Part shown: positions 58,887-64,000 of the stretch, one piece after another
Layout: each line of letters opens with the position of its first letter
How positions within the stretch are numbered: position 1 is the first letter of the stretch
Source of the DNA: a virus
IMG/VR virus record: IMGVR_UViG_3300006931_000001
Location: 53,395 to 117,394 of that record
DNA: 64,000 bases
Direction: 5' to 3' (one strand)
Program-made: the position numbers and the translations under genes
Notes under the pieces: generated by a model
The model's input: only the letters and a program-made list of their open reading frames with translations
What the model was told of the DNA's origin: nothing
Databases searched by the model: none

Positions 58887-59450
58887 ATGCACATCGTCAA
58901 GGGTAGACGTAATCACTCACTGTGTTTAAGCATTACATCACAAAAATATATTATTACATATTTTGGTGCAAGGTTCGGATTTGATCTTAAATCTACTGTG
59001 TTTGAATTCATAGTAGATTTAGTCAAACCACGTCATGAAATGAGGGCACCATACATCGATTATGATGCTTTTAATTCTGTATTTAACCATCAGTTACATA
59101 TAAATCGAGCTCAATATTCAGATATGTGGATTTTTACATGTACGTGTCTTCCACATGTAAAATACGAAATACCATTAATTGATCTGGCGAATAGAATTAC
59201 TTACGGAAACGTCGGTGGTCCGAAGAGCGTCTATATGCAAGACACAATTACTATATCACCAAAATTAATTGAACAGCTCACAAACAAACTGGAATCTTAC
59301 ACTGGATTATCTCGGCTGAATGGTCGAAATTTCGTACTGTATTGTTGTCTCTGTTCGTGGATTGGTGAAGTTAACGCAGCACACGCATTTACAATGACAT
59401 GTCCTGACTGTAAAAAACAATCTATTAGAATTTGGGATTCCGCCAAATGA
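58887..59450 (+). CDS. Cys-containing hypothetical protein
   Basis: CTC, CCLC, CPDC motifs; may be shorter than annotated. Confidence 0.45.
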   Translation: MHIVKGRRNHSLCLSITSQKYIITYFGARFGFDLKSTVFEFIVDLVKPRHEMRAPYIDYDAFNSVFNHQLHINRAQYSDMWIFTCTCLPHVKYEIPLIDLANRITYGNVGGPKSVYMQDTITISPKLIEQLTNKLESYTGLSRLNGRNFVLYCCLCSWIGEVNAAHAFTMTCPDCKKQSIRIWDSAK

Positions 59451-59788
59451 CTCAAGAATATGTCGAAACCTGGTACAGCATCTCACAGCATGTTGGCAAG
59501 TCCGAGCGTGCTGTGCGGTACATGGCAAAATCCAAAGAGCCTCTACCTGTGATCAAGATTGGAGGTGTGACTCGGATGTATCTCAAAGATTACGATGCCT
59601 GGCTAGAAGCACGACGCCTTAGAGTAAAGCCAAAATTAACAGCTTCAGAAAGAGAAGACATAAAAATTATTCTAGATAAGGCTGGTGTTCCGAGTCTCGA
59701 TGAGACTATTGGATTTAGTAGTATTATTGATAGAATTCAATGGCTGGTAGACCGAGTGGAGAATGCGCAGATCTCAGAGGTCAGATAA
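59447..59788 (+). CDS. Excisionase/AlpA-like HTH DNA-binding protein
   Basis: WYSISQHVGKSERAVRYM...PLPVIKIGG...DYDAWL. Confidence 0.65.
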   Translation: MTQEYVETWYSISQHVGKSERAVRYMAKSKEPLPVIKIGGVTRMYLKDYDAWLEARRLRVKPKLTASEREDIKIILDKAGVPSLDETIGFSSIIDRIQWLVDRVENAQISEVR

Positions 59789-60040
59789 ATGCCGACACGT
59801 CAAGAGCTGGAGCAAGAATTGCCGTATATGATTCGTGCACTTGAGAATTTCTTGCAGAATAAATTTGGCGTACGTATGGGGCTTACATTGTTCTTATTCG
59901 AGCTCAATAAAGAACCAAGCAGCGTTGCGTACATCTCGAACGCGCAGCGCGCTGATATGATCGAAACAATCAAAGAGTGGATCGCGCGTCAGGAAGTCGG
60001 AATGATGACCGACCCGGCCGGTCCGCTTGGAAGAGCATGA
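59789..60040 (+). CDS. Conserved small phage protein
   Basis: GLTLFLFE...YISNAQRADMIETIKEWIAR pattern. Confidence 0.6.
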   Translation: MPTRQELEQELPYMIRALENFLQNKFGVRMGLTLFLFELNKEPSSVAYISNAQRADMIETIKEWIARQEVGMMTDPAGPLGRA

Positions 60041-60282
60041 TGCGCAAGCTCAAATTGAAGATCGATGCGCTCTTACTTATTTGGATCACAGCTCTCGTTA
60101 TGCTAATCATAATGTGTGTTATGGCAGAGCAGCAACATGAGATCTGTGAAGACACGGGTGGACATATTGAACAACGCGATTGTGTCGTAGTACCAAGCTA
60201 CATGTCGTGTGGTGATGGATGTTCGACAATCATATCAACTCCAATCTGCAATTTTGTATGTGTGAAACATGAAAGTCCATAA
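60037..60282 (+). CDS. Membrane-anchored Cys-rich protein
   Basis: TM helix then CEDTGG...C...CGDGC...C..VC. Confidence 0.5.
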   Translation: MMRKLKLKIDALLLIWITALVMLIIMCVMAEQQHEICEDTGGHIEQRDCVVVPSYMSCGDGCSTIISTPICNFVCVKHESP

Positions 60283-60601
60283 AATCATCACAATAGCAGA
60301 GGCTCAAGTAGGCATGCATGTTACAAAAGTTTATAAGTCTACAGGCTTGTCTGTTAATCCTAACTCAGAATTAGTACGTAAAACATTACTTAACCGGAAT
60401 AATCCGCATTATATAGTATGCTTCAAAGATTTTGAACCTGATTTTGTACATATATACAAAGAAAAAACTCTATTGGAAATTGAAATCGAAGATACTACTA
60501 TCTACAGAAGCACGTATCCACACGTATGTCCTAGATGTGGTAAGCCAGCATATGTGGGACTTAATAACGTAGATTGTTCAAATAACTGTGAGATAAAATG
60601 A
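60269..60601 (+). CDS. Hypothetical protein with C-terminal zinc ribbon
   Basis: YPHVCPRCGKPAYVGLNNVDCSNNC. Confidence 0.55.
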   Translation: MKVHKIITIAEAQVGMHVTKVYKSTGLSVNPNSELVRKTLLNRNNPHYIVCFKDFEPDFVHIYKEKTLLEIEIEDTTIYRSTYPHVCPRCGKPAYVGLNNVDCSNNCEIK

Positions 60602-60744
60602 GCAAAGATAAACCGTCACCAGAGTTAGTTATAGCAGTTATTGTTACATTTATTCTTTTCTTCTTAGCTACCAAAATTATGATTGCAAATGTCATATACA
60701 ATGAATGGACATGTGCATTTGCGCACTGTACCAAAGTAAAGTGA
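60598..60744 (+). CDS. Small membrane protein (48 aa, not in ORF track)
   Basis: MSKDKPSPELVIAVIVTFILFFLATKIM...WTCAFAHCTKVK. Confidence 0.5.
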   Translation: MSKDKPSPELVIAVIVTFILFFLATKIMIANVIYNEWTCAFAHCTKVK

Positions 60745-60757
60745 AGAGGAAAGCAAA

Positions 60758-61048
60758 ATGAGCGATTGTGAACATCTAAATTTTAGTGCAGATGTAAAAG
60801 TTGGACGCCTTACCGAGAATGAAGGTGGATCAGTAAATAATTTCGTAGCAGATATTAGCATCAAATGTATTGAGTGTGGTGTACCTTTCCATTTCCTTGG
60901 AATCAACGCTGGATTTAGCTACTTAAATCCAACACGAGATGTCGATGGGACCACACTGCACGCACCTATTGCTCCCGGCGAAGTGCCATGGCCAGCAGTC
61001 GGACGGTTGGTCTTTGATTTGAGAGGCGGCGGGAAAGGTCAACAATGA
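60758..61048 (+). CDS. Conserved small phage protein
   Basis: CEHLNFSADVKVGRL...CIECGVPFHFLG...DGTTLHAPIAP. Confidence 0.6.
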   Translation: MSDCEHLNFSADVKVGRLTENEGGSVNNFVADISIKCIECGVPFHFLGINAGFSYLNPTRDVDGTTLHAPIAPGEVPWPAVGRLVFDLRGGGKGQQ

Positions 61049-61239
61049 GCGATGATGTCATGACTGATAGAGCGCATGCAGCTGATCAACGAAACAGCAC
61101 AGCTGTCAAGATAGTGGAAGAATCTGAGCGCATGCTCACGAGCCTATTAATGAATACTGGACCAGAACGAATGGCTCTCAATGATCGTCGAGTAATCATT
61201 AAAGTGGTTGAACGCTTGCGTCGCATTCGCAGACTATAA
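61045..61239 (+). CDS. Hypothetical protein
   Basis: 64 aa, ATGA coupling. Confidence 0.45.
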   Translation: MSDDVMTDRAHAADQRNSTAVKIVEESERMLTSLLMNTGPERMALNDRRVIIKVVERLRRIRRL

Positions 61240-61259
61240 CGAAAATAGGAGAAACGCAG

Positions 61260-61655
61260 ATGTCAGACAAAGATATTGCATTTTTCGTGATAATTCTATT
61301 TGCATTAATAATGCTAGGTATGATTCAGCTACTATTGAGACAACGCAAAACTCAGACAAACACAGAAGAAATCTCCTACGATCTACACAGCTCAGAAACA
61401 ACTCCAGTGCCTTGCTCAGCTTGTGGCAAAGCACCACGGCTAAAGGAACGTTGGTGGCGAAACACACCAACTGGACCTCTTCTAGTCACCAAATGGTACG
61501 AATGCAGGCGCTGGTTTGGATTGCGTCTGTGTAACATTGGACCAAATCACACCAACGAAAAAGCCTGGGGAGATTTAGCATCAAAGTGCGCACTGTATAA
61601 ATGGAATAACACTATGCGGAATGAAGTGCAAATTAATGGAAATAAAGAAGGCTAA
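61260..61655 (+). CDS. Membrane-anchored zinc-ribbon (Lar-like) protein
   Basis: TM helix then PCSACG...YEC...C...ALYKWN. Confidence 0.5.
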   Translation: MSDKDIAFFVIILFALIMLGMIQLLLRQRKTQTNTEEISYDLHSSETTPVPCSACGKAPRLKERWWRNTPTGPLLVTKWYECRRWFGLRLCNIGPNHTNEKAWGDLASKCALYKWNNTMRNEVQINGNKEG

Positions 61656-61968
61656 AAGACTAAATGCTATTATCAATTACTTAGTATTATACAATAACAA
61701 ACCTGCCTGTCTGCCAAGAAATGATGTAAATTTCCACATACTAGATCCACAACACAATACTTGGGATAAAGCGAGTTTCTGGGAACTAGATAATGCACAA
61801 GAATATGCCAAGAGGTGGCTCGCAATAGTATTAGCTGATACATCATTTTTTCCTTGGCCTCTAGTGCCAAATACAGTATATAGGCATATACCAGAGAGAT
61901 CTCACGTTTTCACAATGGAAATTAGACAAATTGATATGCAGTGCGTGCGGAAGGATTATATTCTTTGA
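61636..61968 (+). CDS. Hypothetical protein, paralog of 62376-62810 C-terminal domain
   Basis: YLVLYNNKPAC...WDKASFWELDNAQEYAKRWL. Confidence 0.55.
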   Translation: MEIKKAKRLNAIINYLVLYNNKPACLPRNDVNFHILDPQHNTWDKASFWELDNAQEYAKRWLAIVLADTSFFPWPLVPNTVYRHIPERSHVFTMEIRQIDMQCVRKDYIL

Positions 61969-62130
61969 TGGATTTAATTGAACGATTTTTAGTTGGCTTA
62001 ATTCTTGGAGCAGCTTGGGAACAATGTCTCAAGAATTGCCATCTCGTACAAGATCCACTACTGTGGAATTACGATCTGGCAACTCAACATGTATTTCAGA
62101 GATGGCCAATCACTGACAATTAGAGATAAA

Positions 62131-62373
62131 ATGAGCACTCTATTAATATTTCTGGCTACTTTTGCATCTGTCGGTCTTGGATGTTTCCAGACAATAAATA
62201 TTGTCAATGGTTATAAATGGCGTACCGCATTAACTTCAACTGTGCAAAGCATCGCAGCATTAACACTGTACAAATATGCACCACATGTAAGCACTATTGA
62301 CGCAGCATCTGCATTTATTTTGGGCGCTGTTTGTGGCGGTCAATTATCCTTGTATGTTACAACTAGAGAGTAA
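62131..62373 (+). CDS. Small three-TM membrane protein
   Basis: Three hydrophobic segments; FQTINIVNG. Confidence 0.55.
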   Translation: MSTLLIFLATFASVGLGCFQTINIVNGYKWRTALTSTVQSIAALTLYKYAPHVSTIDAASAFILGAVCGGQLSLYVTTRE

Positions 62374-62375
62374 TC

Positions 62376-62810
62376 ATGAGCAGAATCGAAGATGCAGCTA
62401 TCGCATTACGACGTGCCGATGAGGATGTCAAGCTGACACTCTCCAGACACAACGAAGCTCTACAACGCCGTGATGCAGCTCAACAATTTCTCAATGAAAT
62501 TGTTGATAAAGAAATTCGACGACGCAATGAAAATGGAATTACTAAAACAAAATATCAAGTATTGGATAATAACAAGCTCGCATGTTATCCGCACCATGAC
62601 GTAGACGAATCTTGGAATAATGCGGAATTCGACACAATTAAAGAGGCACAAGAATATGTCAAGAAATGGCTTTTTATTTCTTGGAATGACTACCTTCCAG
62701 AAAATATAGAATTGAATAAAAAATATAAGTGTTCAGCATACGGTGACATAATAGAAATCAAAGAAATGGAGTATTGGTACGACACTACAGAAGGAGAGAA
62801 ATCCAAATGA
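62376..62810 (+). CDS. Hypothetical protein
   Basis: Coiled coil then YQVLDNNKLAC...WNNAEFDTIKEAQEYVKKWL. Confidence 0.55.
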   Translation: MSRIEDAAIALRRADEDVKLTLSRHNEALQRRDAAQQFLNEIVDKEIRRRNENGITKTKYQVLDNNKLACYPHHDVDESWNNAEFDTIKEAQEYVKKWLFISWNDYLPENIELNKKYKCSAYGDIIEIKEMEYWYDTTEGEKSK

Positions 62811-63097
62811 AGCAATTATTTACATTTATGTGTCTTAGAGGACACCAAAAAGAGTGGATGTTGGAGGCTAATGAAGACGGATCTCCAATCTATGAAATAC
62901 TGCATGGTCGAGAAATCAAACCATTGTGCTTGCCATTTAGATAATAGACAATCTCATGGGATTAATATAGAATCTGAGAGCATGGCTTATCTTGAGAAAG
63001 ACAAGGACAGCCTAACAGAATCACAGTGTGCACAATTACGAAATTCTGGCGAATTTCAAACCAAATGGCAGCATCCTTCCACTAAGGAAATCTCAAA

Positions 63098-63559
63098 ATG
63101 AACATGTCACCAGAAGTGCTAAGAGGTCTAGAGCTCCTACGCCGTCACTTAGATGAAGGTGGCCACGATTGGACCGAAGGAACTCAAATGCAAGATGTGC
63201 AAGCCGCAAAAGACTGGCTCATGCAAACCACGCACACGCAAAAAATCACGTACAACTTCAGTACCAAGAATCTACAAAAACACATGTGCACAGGAATAGT
63301 CACCGGACCACAATCGGAGAGATTCTTCACACTGACGCTAGAAACAAAAAGAAATGCAATATCTACATCTACTAAAGCTATCTGGGACAGCGAACGCCTA
63401 GAAATCCGTACAGCTCTAGAATCCATCTTCCAGGAAGTAGAGAAGGAAGAGGCGAGAGACTTCTCAGGAGGAGACGTAGTACCTACACATTTTCCATCTA
63501 ATGCATTCGGTCTGTGCAGATGTCCACGCTGTGTAGCTGATGGAAAGAATAGGAAGTAG
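63098..63559 (+). CDS. Hypothetical protein
   Basis: 153 aa, AAGGA RBS, C-terminal CRCPRC. Confidence 0.5.
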   Translation: MNMSPEVLRGLELLRRHLDEGGHDWTEGTQMQDVQAAKDWLMQTTHTQKITYNFSTKNLQKHMCTGIVTGPQSERFFTLTLETKRNAISTSTKAIWDSERLEIRTALESIFQEVEKEEARDFSGGDVVPTHFPSNAFGLCRCPRCVADGKNRK

Positions 63560-64000
63560 AGTAGAGAACATGGAGATATTTTGGTTCGTGCTTAAGCTGA
63601 CAACGCTCGCTACACTTGGTATAGATCTTGGTTTTGAGATTGGAATTTAGAGTAAGAGGAGAGAAAAGAGGAATAAGTAGAGAATTACAGCAAAATAGAA
63701 GTCAGGAACTCGGAGTAATGGAGGAGTTTAATCAGTAGTTACAGCGCAAGACGACGGTATTATCCCACTATGCGTGTTCCACCTGGAGATGAGGGAACTA
63801 AATTGGCATTTATTTATTATTTGATATTTCTCTGAATCTAACATCAGAGTAACGAGATAGCCAGCACCACCCGGTACTATCGCAGTGGTGAGTTGTGTGT
63901 CCCTTCTCTAGTACGCACTGGTCTTTTCGTCCATTGTGCTCCCAGACTTCTTGACAGAGATTAGTTCTCTTAGCTTTATTTATCTGCATTTTTCCATATC

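Noticed and set aside
59447-59788. Prophage integration/excision module
   Set aside because: Xis-like HTH alone; no integrase, repressor pair, att site or host genes in the window.
1-64000. Stop-codon reassignment
   Set aside because: Core genes are full length in the standard code and end in TAA, TAG and TGA; only one isolated in-frame TAA was noticed and there is no suppressor tRNA.

Overview
The window is 64 kb of a large lytic dsDNA tailed phage (contractile-tail type), AT-rich to moderate in GC, with essentially all genes on the + strand in standard genetic code. Order: end of the baseplate/tail/receptor-binding module (1-14.4 kb); SF2 helicase, DnaB-type helicase and primase (14.6-20.3 kb); small hypothetical ORFs with a PC4-like protein (20.4-25.6 kb); MoxR/CobS-type AAA+ with a CobT-like vWA partner; a poly-Asp/AT-hook protein; two tRNAs; family A DNA polymerase; second vWA protein; UvsY-like, SSB and RecA; Mre11/Rad50-like pair; ligase; UDG; adenine MTase; Holliday junction resolvase; KH protein; terminase subunits; then accessory ORFs. 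The order recalls SPO1/Twort-like phages, but several host-like genes hint at a high-GC, possibly myxobacterial, host (inference). The top signal is a 55-aa ORF missing from the ORF track (40440-40607) that looks like a double-glycine lanthipeptide/RiPP precursor with no biosynthetic enzymes in the window. Also notable: an HMGA/CarD-like protein with 65 consecutive Asp and three AT-hooks, a KhpA-like protein, altered polymerase motifs, and tRNAs for TTA and probably ATA. All family calls come from motif recognition by eye; no database searches were run.
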